Position numbers and translations under genes: made by a program
Shown: positions 37,913 to 48,268 of the stretch, piece after piece
How positions within the stretch are numbered: position 1 is the stretch's first letter
How the letters are laid out: each line of letters starts with the position of its first letter
NCBI GenBank assembly: GCA_038227875.1
Contig: JBBRPR010000036.1
Location: 21,827 to 85,826, forward strand
Source: Planctomycetota bacterium
GTDB taxonomy: Bacteria > Planctomycetota > SZUA-567 > H5-PLA8
DNA length: 64,000 nucleotides
Direction of reading: 5' to 3'
The notes under the pieces: generated by a model
What the model saw: the letters and a program-made list of their open reading frames with translations, nothing else
What the model was told of the DNA's origin: nothing
The model's database searches: none

Positions 37913-40900
37913 ATGCCGCTCTCCAACTTCCATCCCGCTGTCCAAGCCTGGTTCAAAGCGCACTTCAAAGCGCCGTCGCCGCCGCAGGCGGAAGGCTGGC
38001 CGCTGATCCAATCGGGGCGCGACACGCTGATCTGCGCGCCGACCGGCAGCGGTAAAACGCTGACGGCATTTATGGCTTGCCTCGACGCGCTTTTCCGCCA
38101 GGGCTTTGACGGGACGCTGCGCGACGAGACGCAGATCGTCTACGTCTCGCCGCTCAAGGCACTCTCCAACGACATCCAGAAAAATCTCCGCGAACCGCTC
38201 GAAGGCATCGCCGCCACTGCCGCCGAAATGGGCCTGCTCCCGCCGCAGATCCGCGTCCGCGTGCGCACTGGCGACACCACGCAGGCCGAACGCGCCGCGA
38301 TGGTCAAACGCGCGCCGCACATTCTGGTCACCACGCCGGAGTCGTTGTTCATCCTGCTGACTGCGCGGCGCACGCGCGAGATGTTGCGCAGCGTCCACAC
38401 CGTGATCGTCGACGAAATCCACGCCGTCGCCCGCGACAAGCGCGGCGCGCATCTCAGCCTCAGCCTCGAGCGCCTCGACGCGCTGGTCAAAACCGCGCCG
38501 CCGGATTCGCTGCTCGGCGCCGATCCGACGCGGAAAGTTCAGCGCATCGGCCTGTCCGCGACGCAGCGGCCGGTGGAGCTCGTCGCGGATTTTCTGATCG
38601 GCGACCGCGGGCAGGCGCGACGGGAGGACTGTCCGGCGGCGTCGCCGGACGGACGCCCCACCACCCAGGACCTCTGCGCCATCGTCAACCTCGGCCATCT
38701 CCGCAAAATCGAACTGTCGCTGGAGATCCCCGGCACGCCGCTGGAGGCGGTCTGCTCGCACGAAACATGGGGCGAAGTTTACGAACGCATCACGGCGCTG
38801 ATCGCGCAGAACCGGACCACGCTGATCTTCGTCAACACGCGCCGCCTCTGCGAACGCCTCGCCGCGGAACTCTCCAAGCGCCTGGGCGAAGACAAGGTCA
38901 CCTCGCACCACGGCAGCCTCTCGCGCCAGCAGCGCTTCAACGCGGAAGCGCGGCTGAAGTCCGGCGAACTTAAAGCGCTCGTTGCCACCGCCTCGCTGGA
39001 ACTGGGCATCGACATCGGCACCGTCGATCTCGTCTGCCAGATCGGCGTGACCTCGGCGATCGGCACGATGCTGCAGCGTGCCGGACGTTCCGGCCACAGT
39101 CTCACCGGAATATCGCGCGCCAAAATCTTCGTGCTCACGCGCGAGGAACTGATGACCGGCGCGGCGCTGCTGAGCTCCATCAAGCGCGGCCATCTCGACC
39201 GGCTCGAAATTCCACTCCAGCCGCGCGACATCCTCGCCCAGCAGATCGTCGCGGCCTCCGCCGATGAAGAATGGAAAGAGGACGACCTTTACGCGCTGGC
39301 GAAGCGCTCGTGGAACTACCGCGACCTGGAGCGCGACGAATTCGACCGCATCGTCGGCATGCTGGCCGAAGGCTTCTCGCGACGGCGCGGTCACAACGCG
39401 GCGCTGATCCGCTACGATGGCGTCAATCACCTGATCTCCGCCCGGCGCGGGGCGCGGTTGGCGGCGATCACCAGCGGCGGCGCGATTCCCGATACCGGCG
39501 ATTACCTCGTCGTCCAGGAACCGCAGGGCATCACCGTCGGTACGCTGAACGAAGATTTCGCTGTCGAAAGCGTACCCGGTGACATTTTTCAGCTCGGTAA
39601 CACCTCGTGGAAGATTCTGAAAGTCGAACCCGGCCGCGTCCGCGTCGAAGACGCGCACGGGCAGCCGCCGTCCGTGCCGTTCTGGCTCGGCGAAGCGCCG
39701 GCGCGGACCAACGAGCTCTCCGAAGAGGTCTCGCGGTTACGCGTGAGGATCGAAGAGCTTCTTAATCTCTCGCAAAGACGCAAAGACGCAAAGAACGGCA
39801 ACGACGGGGAGGGTGGGGACTTAGAGGCCGCGACTCTTTGGGTTATGGAAGAGGCTGGCATTGAACGGGCTGCGGCTGAGCAGCTTGTGCAGTATCTGGC
39901 GAGTTCGCTCAAAATTCTCGGCGCGGTTCCGACGATTGATACGCTGATTCTCGAACGCTTCTTTGATGAGAGCGGCGGGATGCAATTGGTGCTGCATACG
40001 CCGTTCGGGCGGCGCATCAATTGGGCGTGGGGGTTGGCGCTGCGCAAGCGGTTCTGCCGCGGCTTTAACTTTGAGCTTCAGGCAGCAGCGTCCGAAAATG
40101 CATTGCTGCTCTCACTCGGACCGCAGCACAGTTTTCCGCTCGCGGACGTGTTCAATTTTCTGAATTCGGAGACCGTCGAAGACCTGTTGATCCAGGCCAT
40201 GCTCGTCGCGCCGGTCTTTCAGTCGCGTTGGCGCTGGGATGCCTGTCGCGCGCTGGCGTTGCTGCGCTTCAGCGGTGGCAAAAAAGTGCCGCCCGCGCTG
40301 ATGCGCATGCGCTCCGATGATCTCATGGCCGCGGTTTTTCCGCACGCGGCGGCCTGTCCGGAAAATCTCGAAGGCGACGTCGAAATCCCCGACCATCCGC
40401 TTGTGAAAGAAGTGATCTACGACTGCCTGCACGAGGCCATGGACATCGACGGACTGCGCGCGGTCCTCTCGCGCATCCGCGAAGGAAAGATCCGCTGCGT
40501 CGCGCGCGACACCACCGAGCCCTCGTTGCTGGCGCATGAAATTCTGACCGGCAAGCCCTACACATTTCTCGACGACGCCCCGCTGGAAGAGCGCCGCACG
40601 CAGGCCGTCTTCATGCGCCGCGGCATGGAACGCAGCGACGACGCTGCGCTCGGCGCGCTCGACCCCAGCGCCATCGCCGCCGTCCGCGAAGAAGCCTGGC
40701 CCGATCCGCAGGACGCCAACGAGATGCACGACACGCTGATGCTCCACGGTTACGTCCGCGACGCCGAAGCGCGCACGTGGATGCCGCTGCTGGAGAAGCT
40801 GGTCGAGACAGGTCGCGCGCGGCCGTTCAACGATCTGTGGATCGCGACCGAACGTATCCCCTTGTTCGAAGCGGTCTATTCGACGGGGACTCCGGGCGAG

Positions 40901-42403
40901 CCGCCCGGACTTCAAAAGGAATCGGCGCTCATCGAGATCGTACGCGGGCGCATGGAAGCGATTGGACCGGCGACCGTCGCGCGGCTCAGCGAGGAATTGC
41001 ATCTGCCCGCGTCGGAACTCGAAGCGGCGTTGATCGGGCTTGAGACACAGGGCTCGGTGCTGCGCGGCTTCTTTGAAATTCCGCCGACGCGCGAAGTCAA
41101 CAGCGGGCAGGGTGCGCCGGAATGGTGCGACCGGCGGCTCTTGGCGCGCATCCACCGCTACACGCTCGAACGATTGCGCAAAGAAATCGAACCGGTCACC
41201 GCCGCCGACTACATGCGCTTCCTCTTTTCGTGGCAGCACGCCACTCCGGGCAATTTGGCCGAAGGCCCGGCCGGTGTGCGGGAAGTCATTGAACAGCTGC
41301 AGGGCTATGAAATTCCGGCGATGGCCTGGGAGCGCGACATCCTTCCCGCACGCGTGAAGGGCTACGACCGCCGCTGGCTCGATCAGCTCTCCCATTCCGG
41401 CGACGTGACGTGGGGACGACGGCTTCCGGCGCTTCCCGATCCGGAAAAGAGACACAGCGGGCTAGTCAGGCTCTCGCCCATTGGGCTTTATCTGCGCGAT
41501 CACCTCGATGCGTGGATGGCGCTGGCGCCGCCGCTGCCCCCCGATGAATCCCATCTCAGCAGCGCCGCGCGCGCGGTATTGCTGCAATTGCGCCAGCGCG
41601 GCGCGGTCTTCTTTCAGAATCTCGTCCGCGACGCCAAGCGCCTGCCCATCGAGATCGAAACCGCGCTGGGCGAACTCGTCGCGTTCGGCTTCGTCACCGG
41701 CGACGGCTTCGGCGGTCTGCGCGCATTGCTGATTCCGCCGTCGAAGCGCGCCAAGGTGAATCAGAAGCAGCGCGAACGGATGATGCGCCGCGCCGCGCGC
41801 TGGAGTGCCCTGCGTAATAGCCCGCACTTCCCGCAGCCGCCCGCGCCTGGGCAAGCGGGCAACACGACGCTCGGTGCGATGCAATCCGCCGGACGCTGGT
41901 CGCTCTTCCGTAATGAGCCGGACTTGTTTGGAAAGTCAGAACCCACCGACGTTGCCGAGACCGTCGCGCGTACGCTGCTGCGTCGCTGGGGCGTCGTCTT
42001 TCACCGCGTCGTCACGCGTGAAGACGGGCTGCCGCCGTGGCGCGACATCATGCGCGTGCTGCGCAGGCTGGAAGCGCGCGGTGAAGTCCGCGGCGGCCGC
42101 TTCGTCGCCGGCTTCAGCGGCGAACAGTATGCGCTGCCGCAAGCCGTCGAACTGCTCCGCTCGATCCGCCGCACCGCCCCCGATGGAGCGCTGGTGACGA
42201 TCTGCGGCGCCGACCCGCTCAACCTGGCCGGCATCATCACCCCCGGCGACCGCGTCGCCGCGCGATCGAAAAGCCGCGTGGTTTTCCGCGACGGCATCCC
42301 CGTCGCGATCCGCGAAGGCAAGGAAATCCGCCTCCTCGAGCGCGACGCCGCACCGGCCGCGAAGGCTGCGTTGCATGCGGCGCTGATGCGGAAGGCGATG
42401 TGA
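37913..42403 (+). CDS. lhr: Lhr-family DEAH-box helicase, long form with C-terminal winged-helix region
   Basis: APTGSGKTL, SPLKALSNDI, VRTGDT, TTPESL, VDEIHA, IGLSAT, HHGSLS, SLELGID, QRAGRSGH; C-terminal 'LEARGEVRGGRFVAGFSGEQYA'. Confidence 0.92.
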   Translation: MPLSNFHPAVQAWFKAHFKAPSPPQAEGWPLIQSGRDTLICAPTGSGKTLTAFMACLDALFRQGFDGTLRDETQIVYVSPLKALSNDIQKNLREPLEGIAATAAEMGLLPPQIRVRVRTGDTTQAERAAMVKRAPHILVTTPESLFILLTARRTREMLRSVHTVIVDEIHAVARDKRGAHLSLSLERLDALVKTAPPDSLLGADPTRKVQRIGLSATQRPVELVADFLIGDRGQARREDCPAASPDGRPTTQDLCAIVNLGHLRKIELSLEIPGTPLEAVCSHETWGEVYERITALIAQNRTTLIFVNTRRLCERLAAELSKRLGEDKVTSHHGSLSRQQRFNAEARLKSGELKALVATASLELGIDIGTVDLVCQIGVTSAIGTMLQRAGRSGHSLTGISRAKIFVLTREELMTGAALLSSIKRGHLDRLEIPLQPRDILAQQIVAASADEEWKEDDLYALAKRSWNYRDLERDEFDRIVGMLAEGFSRRRGHNAALIRYDGVNHLISARRGARLAAITSGGAIPDTGDYLVVQEPQGITVGTLNEDFAVESVPGDIFQLGNTSWKILKVEPGRVRVEDAHGQPPSVPFWLGEAPARTNELSEEVSRLRVRIEELLNLSQRRKDAKNGNDGEGGDLEAATLWVMEEAGIERAAAEQLVQYLASSLKILGAVPTIDTLILERFFDESGGMQLVLHTPFGRRINWAWGLALRKRFCRGFNFELQAAASENALLLSLGPQHSFPLADVFNFLNSETVEDLLIQAMLVAPVFQSRWRWDACRALALLRFSGGKKVPPALMRMRSDDLMAAVFPHAAACPENLEGDVEIPDHPLVKEVIYDCLHEAMDIDGLRAVLSRIREGKIRCVARDTTEPSLLAHEILTGKPYTFLDDAPLEERRTQAVFMRRGMERSDDAALGALDPSAIAAVREEAWPDPQDANEMHDTLMLHGYVRDAEARTWMPLLEKLVETGRARPFNDLWIATERIPLFEAVYSTGTPGEPPGLQKESALIEIVRGRMEAIGPATVARLSEELHLPASELEAALIGLETQGSVLRGFFEIPPTREVNSGQGAPEWCDRRLLARIHRYTLERLRKEIEPVTAADYMRFLFSWQHATPGNLAEGPAGVREVIEQLQGYEIPAMAWERDILPARVKGYDRRWLDQLSHSGDVTWGRRLPALPDPEKRHSGLVRLSPIGLYLRDHLDAWMALAPPLPPDESHLSSAARAVLLQLRQRGAVFFQNLVRDAKRLPIEIETALGELVAFGFVTGDGFGGLRALLIPPSKRAKVNQKQRERMMRRAARWSALRNSPHFPQPPAPGQAGNTTLGAMQSAGRWSLFRNEPDLFGKSEPTDVAETVARTLLRRWGVVFHRVVTREDGLPPWRDIMRVLRRLEARGEVRGGRFVAGFSGEQYALPQAVELLRSIRRTAPDGALVTICGADPLNLAGIITPGDRVAARSKSRVVFRDGIPVAIREGKEIRLLERDAAPAAKAALHAALMRKAM

Positions 42404-42473
42404 GACGGCGGGAATCGGGATTCGCCGAATGCGATTCGCGGCGAATCCTGAATCCCGATTCCCGCTCGTCTCA
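42401..42473. repeat. Long imperfect hairpin built of GGGA[AT]TC heptamers, spanning both convergent stop codons
   Basis: TGAGACG.GCGGGAATCGGGATTC ... GAATCCCGATTCCCGC.CGTCTCA. Confidence 0.7.
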
Positions 42474-43625
42474 AATCAACCGTCGCCCAATCAACTCCCC
42501 CTTCACGTACGCATAAATAATCGGCGCCATGATCACGCCGGGGATGCCGAAGATGGCTTCGAAGGTGAAAATCACCAGCAGCATCTCCCACGCGGCGGCG
42601 TGGATTTGCGAGCCCATGATTTTGGCGTTCACGAAATATTCCAACTTGTGAATCACCACCAGAAATGTCAGCGACGCCACAGCCGCGCCCGGCGAGACGC
42701 CCAGCGAGACCAGGACGATGATCGCGTTGGAAACCAGATTGCCCACGACGGGCAACAGGCCGAACAGGAACGTCAGCGCGATCAACGTGTAGCGGATCTT
42801 GTGTTCGAAATGCATGCCCATCATCGGCATCACGACGAGCAGGTAAATGGCGGTGAGCACGGTGTTGAGCGCGGAGATCTTGATCTGCGCGAAAACCACG
42901 GCGTCGAACGCGTTGGCCAGGCGGCGGATGCGGCCGGTCAGCGCCACCGCAAACGGGCCTTTCGCCGGCCGGTATTCAAAGCTGACCAGCGCGCCGACAA
43001 CGATGCCGATGATCGCGTGGAGCATGACGTGGCCGGCTTCTCCGCCGACATGCTGCAATTCCTCTTTGTGCTCGCGCAGTTTGGCGGCGAGAAATTCGGG
43101 TAACTGTTCAGACTCCACGCCGGGCGCCATGTCGCCCAGGCCGATGTCGCGGATCATTACGCGCGCCTTGTCCAGCGCCGCGGCCATGCGGTCGAGCAGC
43201 TCCGGAATGTGGCCGATGCGGCCCTTGATGAACGTGATGGTCAGGACGACCAGCAGCGTGGTGGCGAGCACCAGCACGCCGCCGACCAGCGCCAGCGCCA
43301 CGACCTTGGAGCGTTCATGGCCCATGCTTTTACTGCGGATCCGGTTGGCCAGTCCGCGGATCAACGCGAAGACGAACAATCCCGCCAGCAACCCCGAGAC
43401 GAGATGAAAATGGATGACCCCCAGCAGCCCGAGGCCCATCAGGATCCACGCCGCTTTCTCGCAACCCGTGGCGGGCGGCAGCGGCGGTTCGAAGGTGAGC
43501 GCGTGCGCGGATGAAATGGGCGGCCCGGGCGGTGCTACTTCAGGCGTTGCAGTTTCAAGCGTCGCTGGTGGCTGAGGAGATGGGACTGGTGGTGGATTGG
43601 GTGGCGCGTCCGCGTTCGTTGTCAT
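42471..43625 (-). CDS. AI-2E family transporter
   Basis: Multi-TM; AQIKISALN, GLLPVVGNL, IHKLEYFVNAKIMGSQI, FGIPGVIMAP. Confidence 0.88.
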   Translation of the reverse strand: MTTNADAPPNPPPVPSPQPPATLETATPEVAPPGPPISSAHALTFEPPLPPATGCEKAAWILMGLGLLGVIHFHLVSGLLAGLFVFALIRGLANRIRSKSMGHERSKVVALALVGGVLVLATTLLVVLTITFIKGRIGHIPELLDRMAAALDKARVMIRDIGLGDMAPGVESEQLPEFLAAKLREHKEELQHVGGEAGHVMLHAIIGIVVGALVSFEYRPAKGPFAVALTGRIRRLANAFDAVVFAQIKISALNTVLTAIYLLVVMPMMGMHFEHKIRYTLIALTFLFGLLPVVGNLVSNAIIVLVSLGVSPGAAVASLTFLVVIHKLEYFVNAKIMGSQIHAAAWEMLLVIFTFEAIFGIPGVIMAPIIYAYVKGELIGRRLI

Positions 43626-44184
43626 ATTCGCTCAATCTAGCGGCACTCGGCGCGGTTGCAACGGAGGCGGAATGTCCCTGCGGTTCTCTCCCGACCAGGC
43701 CGATGAAGATGGCCATGCCGCCGCCGAACGGGATCAGGCACATCACTGTCCAGCCGAGAAGATTGTTCGTGAACTGATTCGAGACGAACCACGACGCGCA
43801 GCCCATGAAGCCAAAAGCCAGCGTTCCGGCCGCCATGCCCTTGAACAGCGTCGAGATATTATCGCGGCGCAGGTTTAAGGCTCCGCCCAATGCTGCGCCG
43901 ACGGCGATCAACAGCAGAATGGCTGTGCTTTCATGCACGGAAGTTTCGCGCAACGCATAACTGAAGAGATATCCGCAGAGCGCCCCGATGTTCAGTCCAA
44001 CAATGGCGCGGATGAGAGAGCGGCGCAGTACCCCGGCCGCAAATCCCCAGAGAGCACCCAAGCCCGTACAGACGCCGATACGCAGGGTCACGCTATCTCC
44101 GGCCGTCGGCAAGAAGTGAGACGTGATTGCCAGACCTGCCAGCGGAAGGGCTCCCACCGCAAACATCGCCAGAATTCGTTTCAT
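43555..44184 (-). CDS. Hypothetical multi-pass membrane protein
   Basis: About 7 Gly-rich hydrophobic helices; GGAGGT upstream of the ATG at 44184. Confidence 0.65.
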   Translation of the reverse strand: MKRILAMFAVGALPLAGLAITSHFLPTAGDSVTLRIGVCTGLGALWGFAAGVLRRSLIRAIVGLNIGALCGYLFSYALRETSVHESTAILLLIAVGAALGGALNLRRDNISTLFKGMAAGTLAFGFMGCASWFVSNQFTNNLLGWTVMCLIPFGGGMAIFIGLVGREPQGHSASVATAPSAARLSEYDNERGRATQSTTSPISSATSDA

Positions 44185-44414
44185 CGCCACGCACCTCCAC
44201 TTTCTACAACGCATGAGCCATGAAAAGGTTTCATACATTCTGTAGCCTTCCACCTGCGCGGATTTCACACAGTGTGCGGCTGAAATCACCTCAATACACG
44301 TCGAAGATGCTCATTTACCGCACATTTTAGCGCGTTTCGGAAAAGTCGTACATGCCGGCTTCGGGTATTCTGCACGCACGTCTTTCCCATTCTTCTCTCG
44401 GAGTCTAAAACGGC

Positions 44415-45536
44415 ATGAGCACAGTTCGAGTCGGCATCATCGGTTTTGGCGGCATGGGCGCAGGGCACGCCGATTACCTTACCAAGGGCCAGATTCCCGG
44501 CGTGGAATTGACGGCGATTTGTGAAGGGGATGCCAATCGCCTGAAGGTTGCGCGCGAAAAGTACGGCGAAAAAATTCAGCTCTTCCAGGACGCCGATTCG
44601 TTCTTCAACGCCAAGGCCGTCGACGCGGTGCTCATTGCAACGCCTCATTATCAGCACCCGCCGCTGGCGATCGCAGCGTTCAAGCACGGCTTGCATGTGC
44701 TCACCGAAAAGCCGGCCGGCGTGCATCCCAAGCACGTTCGCGAGATGAACGAAGCGGCAAAAAAGAGCGGCAAGGTTTTCGGCATCATGTTCCAGATGCG
44801 CATGACCGGCGCGTATCAGAAAATGCGCGACCTCGTCACCTCGGGAGAACTCGGTGCGCTCCGCCGCACGACCTGCATCGCGACGGACAATTTCCGCTCG
44901 CAGGCGTACTACGATTCCGGAAGCTGGCGCGCGACATGGTCCGGTGAGGGCGGCGGCGTGCTCCTCAACCAGTGCCCGCACACGCTCGACATCTGGCAGT
45001 GGCTGGGCGGCATGCCCTCGCGCGTGCGCGCCTTCTGCTCGTTCGGCAAATACCACAAGATCGAAGTCGAAGACGATGTGACGGCGTATGTCGAATACCC
45101 CAACGGCGCGACCGGCACGTTCATCGCCAGCACGGGGGAATACCCAGGCGAGACCAAGCTGGAGCTCTGCGGCGAGCGCGGCAAGCTGACCTTCCAAAAC
45201 GGCAAGCTTACCTTTATCCGTTCGCGCGTGCCCGTCGGTGAATTCTGTTTGACCACCAAGGAAATGTGGTCGCGCCCGGAAACATGGACCTGCGAAGTTC
45301 CCTACGTTTCGGGCGACGGCATGCATCACCAGATTTTCAAGACCTTCGCCGAAGCAATCCAGAAGGGCACGACCCTGATCGCGCCCGGCGAAGAAGGAAT
45401 CAACAGTCTCCAGCTCGCCAATGCCATGTTGCTTTCCACGTGGTCCGACGACTGGGTGAACCTGCCGGTCGACGAGGAACTTTATCTCGCGAAATTGCAG
45501 GAAGCGATCAAGAAGTCCGATGGGAAGAAGAAGTGA
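44415..45536 (+). CDS. Gfo/Idh/MocA-family oxidoreductase
   Basis: VGIIGFGGMG, DAVLIATPH, HVLTEKP, GGGVLLNQCPHTLD. Confidence 0.93.
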   Translation: MSTVRVGIIGFGGMGAGHADYLTKGQIPGVELTAICEGDANRLKVAREKYGEKIQLFQDADSFFNAKAVDAVLIATPHYQHPPLAIAAFKHGLHVLTEKPAGVHPKHVREMNEAAKKSGKVFGIMFQMRMTGAYQKMRDLVTSGELGALRRTTCIATDNFRSQAYYDSGSWRATWSGEGGGVLLNQCPHTLDIWQWLGGMPSRVRAFCSFGKYHKIEVEDDVTAYVEYPNGATGTFIASTGEYPGETKLELCGERGKLTFQNGKLTFIRSRVPVGEFCLTTKEMWSRPETWTCEVPYVSGDGMHHQIFKTFAEAIQKGTTLIAPGEEGINSLQLANAMLLSTWSDDWVNLPVDEELYLAKLQEAIKKSDGKKK

Positions 45537-45603
45537 GGGCGGGAATCGGGATTGGGGAATCGGGAAACGAATCGAAACGATCACAAGAAAGGGAAAAACC
45601 TAA

Positions 45604-46518
45604 ATGTATCTGACTGGATTTGCGGATGAGGCGGCGGCGGACATCGACGGACAGATTCGTGCGACGAAGGAACTGGGCTGGTCGAACATCGAATGCCGCA
45701 GCGTGGGCGGCAAGAATCTGCATGACATCTCCGATGCGGATTTTGACGCCGTCTGCGAAAAACTCAGCGCCGCCGGTGTGCGCGTGAACTGCTTCGGCTC
45801 GGCGATCGGCAACTGGGCGAAGAACATCGAACAGCCCTTCGACATTACCCTGGCCGAAGCCAACCGCGCGATTCCGCGCATGCAGCGCCTGGGCTCAAAA
45901 CTGATCCGCATCATGAGCTACCCGATCCTGAAAGACCGCGCGCCCGACGATCAGCTCGCCGCCGAGCGTTACAAGCGGCTCAACACGCTGCAGAAAATGT
46001 TCAGCGACGCCGGCCTGCAGCTGGTCCACGAAAACTGCTCCAACTTCGGCGCGATGAGCTGGCAGCACTCACTGCGCATGCTCGAAAACGTGCCGGGACT
46101 GAAACTCGTCTACGACACCGGCAATCCCGTCGACAGCGACGACTACAGTTTCGCCGCGCCGCGCCCGAAGCAGTCCTCGTGGACGTTTTATTCCAATGTC
46201 CGCGCGCACATCGCCTACGTTCACATCAAGGACGGCAAGCTCGACGCGCAGGGCAAGATCGAATGGACCTTCCCCGGCGAAGGCAGCGGCGATGTGAAGC
46301 GCATCGTCAAGGATCTGCTCGACACCGGCTACGACGGCGGATTCTCGATGGAGCCGCACATGAAAGTCGTGGCTCACGACCCCAGCGTCAGCGCCGAAGC
46401 CGAAGCGCGCATCGCCAACTACATCGAATACGGCCGCCGGTTCATGCGGCTGGTCGAGGATGTGGGCTACCGCGGCAAGATCGCGGAGATTGCTCAGCCC
46501 GTTGCAGCGAAACGTTAA
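45604..46518 (+). CDS. Sugar phosphate isomerase/epimerase (xylose isomerase-like TIM barrel)
   Basis: GFADE, VHEN, YDTGN, VHIKD, GYDGGFSMEPH. Confidence 0.9.
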   Translation: MYLTGFADEAAADIDGQIRATKELGWSNIECRSVGGKNLHDISDADFDAVCEKLSAAGVRVNCFGSAIGNWAKNIEQPFDITLAEANRAIPRMQRLGSKLIRIMSYPILKDRAPDDQLAAERYKRLNTLQKMFSDAGLQLVHENCSNFGAMSWQHSLRMLENVPGLKLVYDTGNPVDSDDYSFAAPRPKQSSWTFYSNVRAHIAYVHIKDGKLDAQGKIEWTFPGEGSGDVKRIVKDLLDTGYDGGFSMEPHMKVVAHDPSVSAEAEARIANYIEYGRRFMRLVEDVGYRGKIAEIAQPVAAKR

Positions 46519-46546
46519 ACGAATCAATAACGTTGTACTGACATCG

Positions 46547-46584
46547 ATCCTGAGAAGACGAAAGTCTTCTCAGGATTTTTGTTT
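46547..46584 (+). terminator. Rho-independent terminator
   Basis: 13-bp stem ATCCTGAGAAGAC-GAAA-GTCTTCTCAGGAT followed by TTTTGTTT. Confidence 0.85.
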
Positions 46585-46603
46585 GATGAGCGCGTCGTGA
46601 AAT

Positions 46604-48007
46604 CTACTGGTACTTCAACGTCAGCGTCGGCCGCGCCTCGGGTTTCGCGTCCGACGACGAATGAATCTTGACGCGCGAGCCAGGCTTCTCGGAGGTCAGC
46701 AATACGCCGTTATTCGCAGTGGGATCATCGAGCCAGCGCTTTACGACGGCCACATCCAGCTCCATCGTCTTGCTGATGTTCGTGCCTTCAGCGATCGGGC
46801 CGGGCGAAAACGTCAACCCGGGGAGCACATTGCCGTCCGCTCCGCCGGCGTTGCCGCCGGTTGCATTGCTCCATTTTTCCTTTGGCGTGCGGTTGAGCCA
46901 GCCGAACTCTTTCGCTTCCAGCCCCGACGGATCCCACGGAATATTGAGGTAGCGGCCCGTCACGCCGCCGCTCCAGAAATTATCGAACGTCAGTGTCAAC
47001 TGCGCCGAGACCAGCTTCGCACCTTTGGGCAGACTGATCTGCTTGAAGGCAAGCAGCACCTGCGTCTCTGACGGGTCCTTGGCGAATGCATTGAGGCACC
47101 AGTATCCCGCCTCGGACGACTTCGTGCTTCCACGCGCGCTCACGCCGTTGAATTTATTGTAGTTGGCCTGCATGGAACTGGAGATCGCCACGTCGACCAG
47201 GCCGGCGTAGTTCTCTTCGCCAGGGCAGAAGTGCACCGACTTCACCGCGCTCGCCGGAACTACCGGAGCGGCGGGAGTGACTTTGGCTGGCGCAGCAACG
47301 GCGGGCGTGGCGGGAGCCGTCGGAGCGGGCTCCACTTTCTTAGGAGCGTCCGGCTTGGTCGCGTCAGGTTCGTCGTCGACGAGCGGCGTCTTCGGCGGCG
47401 CCGGTGTCACCGCCACGACTGAAACGGGAGCAGGAACCGGCGTCGCGGGAACTTCGGGCACGATCGGTTTGGCTGGCAAAGGAACCGGACCCGGAGCTGG
47501 CGCGACTACCGGAATCGTGTCCGGCAACTTCGCGGGAATTGTGGGAGTGGTCGGCACCGGTGCCGGCGTCGGAACGACGGCAATCGCAGTCGACGTGGCA
47601 CCCGCTGGAATGTCCGGTGCTTTTGCTGGAGTCGCGTGCGTGCCACGCAAAATCATGCCGACGAACAAGCCGCCCATCAGCGCCGTCGCCACAATCCAGC
47701 CCACCGGCGCGGAGCGCTTCGGCTTGGCGGGCTTGTGGTGCGTGCGCGAAATCGGCCCCGACGTCGCCGGCTCGATGCGCCGCACGCTTTCGCGGCGTGC
47801 TTTGACGGGCGTGCTGATTTGCTCCGGTTCCGCGGCGCGGCGTTGATCGATCTGCGCGTCGGTAACGATCGCCATCTCCTGCGTCGAGATTCCGGTGGCG
47901 CAATCTGCGCAGTAGACGCCCTTCAATTTCTTGTCGCGCGCCTTGCCGGCCTCGAGATCCTGATCGGTCAGCCGCTTGCCGCACGTTTCACAGAACCAGA
48001 AATTCAT
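46604..48007 (-). CDS. Membrane protein: N-terminal Zn finger, TM helix, Pro-rich stalk, C-terminal DNRLRE/CBM96-like domain
   Basis: FCETCG...YCADC; TM WIVATALMGGLFVGMIL; 'LLAF...LPKGAKLVSAQLTL...VKRWLDDPTANNGVLL...HSS...RPTLTLKY'. Confidence 0.8.
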   Translation of the reverse strand: MNFWFCETCGKRLTDQDLEAGKARDKKLKGVYCADCATGISTQEMAIVTDAQIDQRRAAEPEQISTPVKARRESVRRIEPATSGPISRTHHKPAKPKRSAPVGWIVATALMGGLFVGMILRGTHATPAKAPDIPAGATSTAIAVVPTPAPVPTTPTIPAKLPDTIPVVAPAPGPVPLPAKPIVPEVPATPVPAPVSVVAVTPAPPKTPLVDDEPDATKPDAPKKVEPAPTAPATPAVAAPAKVTPAAPVVPASAVKSVHFCPGEENYAGLVDVAISSSMQANYNKFNGVSARGSTKSSEAGYWCLNAFAKDPSETQVLLAFKQISLPKGAKLVSAQLTLTFDNFWSGGVTGRYLNIPWDPSGLEAKEFGWLNRTPKEKWSNATGGNAGGADGNVLPGLTFSPGPIAEGTNISKTMELDVAVVKRWLDDPTANNGVLLTSEKPGSRVKIHSSSDAKPEARPTLTLKYQ

Positions 48008-48268
48008 CGCCGCCTCTTCCCAACACAGGTGCGTGATCGGACACTGCTCGATAAACGAGCAATCACCGTACCGAACGCCATTGTTGCAATAGACGTCGCA
48101 TCCGTGCTGCTGCCTCCTCTATTCTGACCCCTGCCCCCTGACGCTGACCCCTTTCGTTGTGATGCACACGTGAGTTGTCGAATAGCGATCAGCCTGCCCG
48201 AAATAATCACATTCCTGTCCCCGCTTGTTCCACAAAGCGGAAGATGCAAGCAGAGGGGGAGTCGAGTA

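Noticed and set aside
43555..43625. 71-bp overlap between two minus-strand membrane protein genes
   Set aside because: Both overlapping ends are low-complexity; most likely start-site uncertainty or stop drift.
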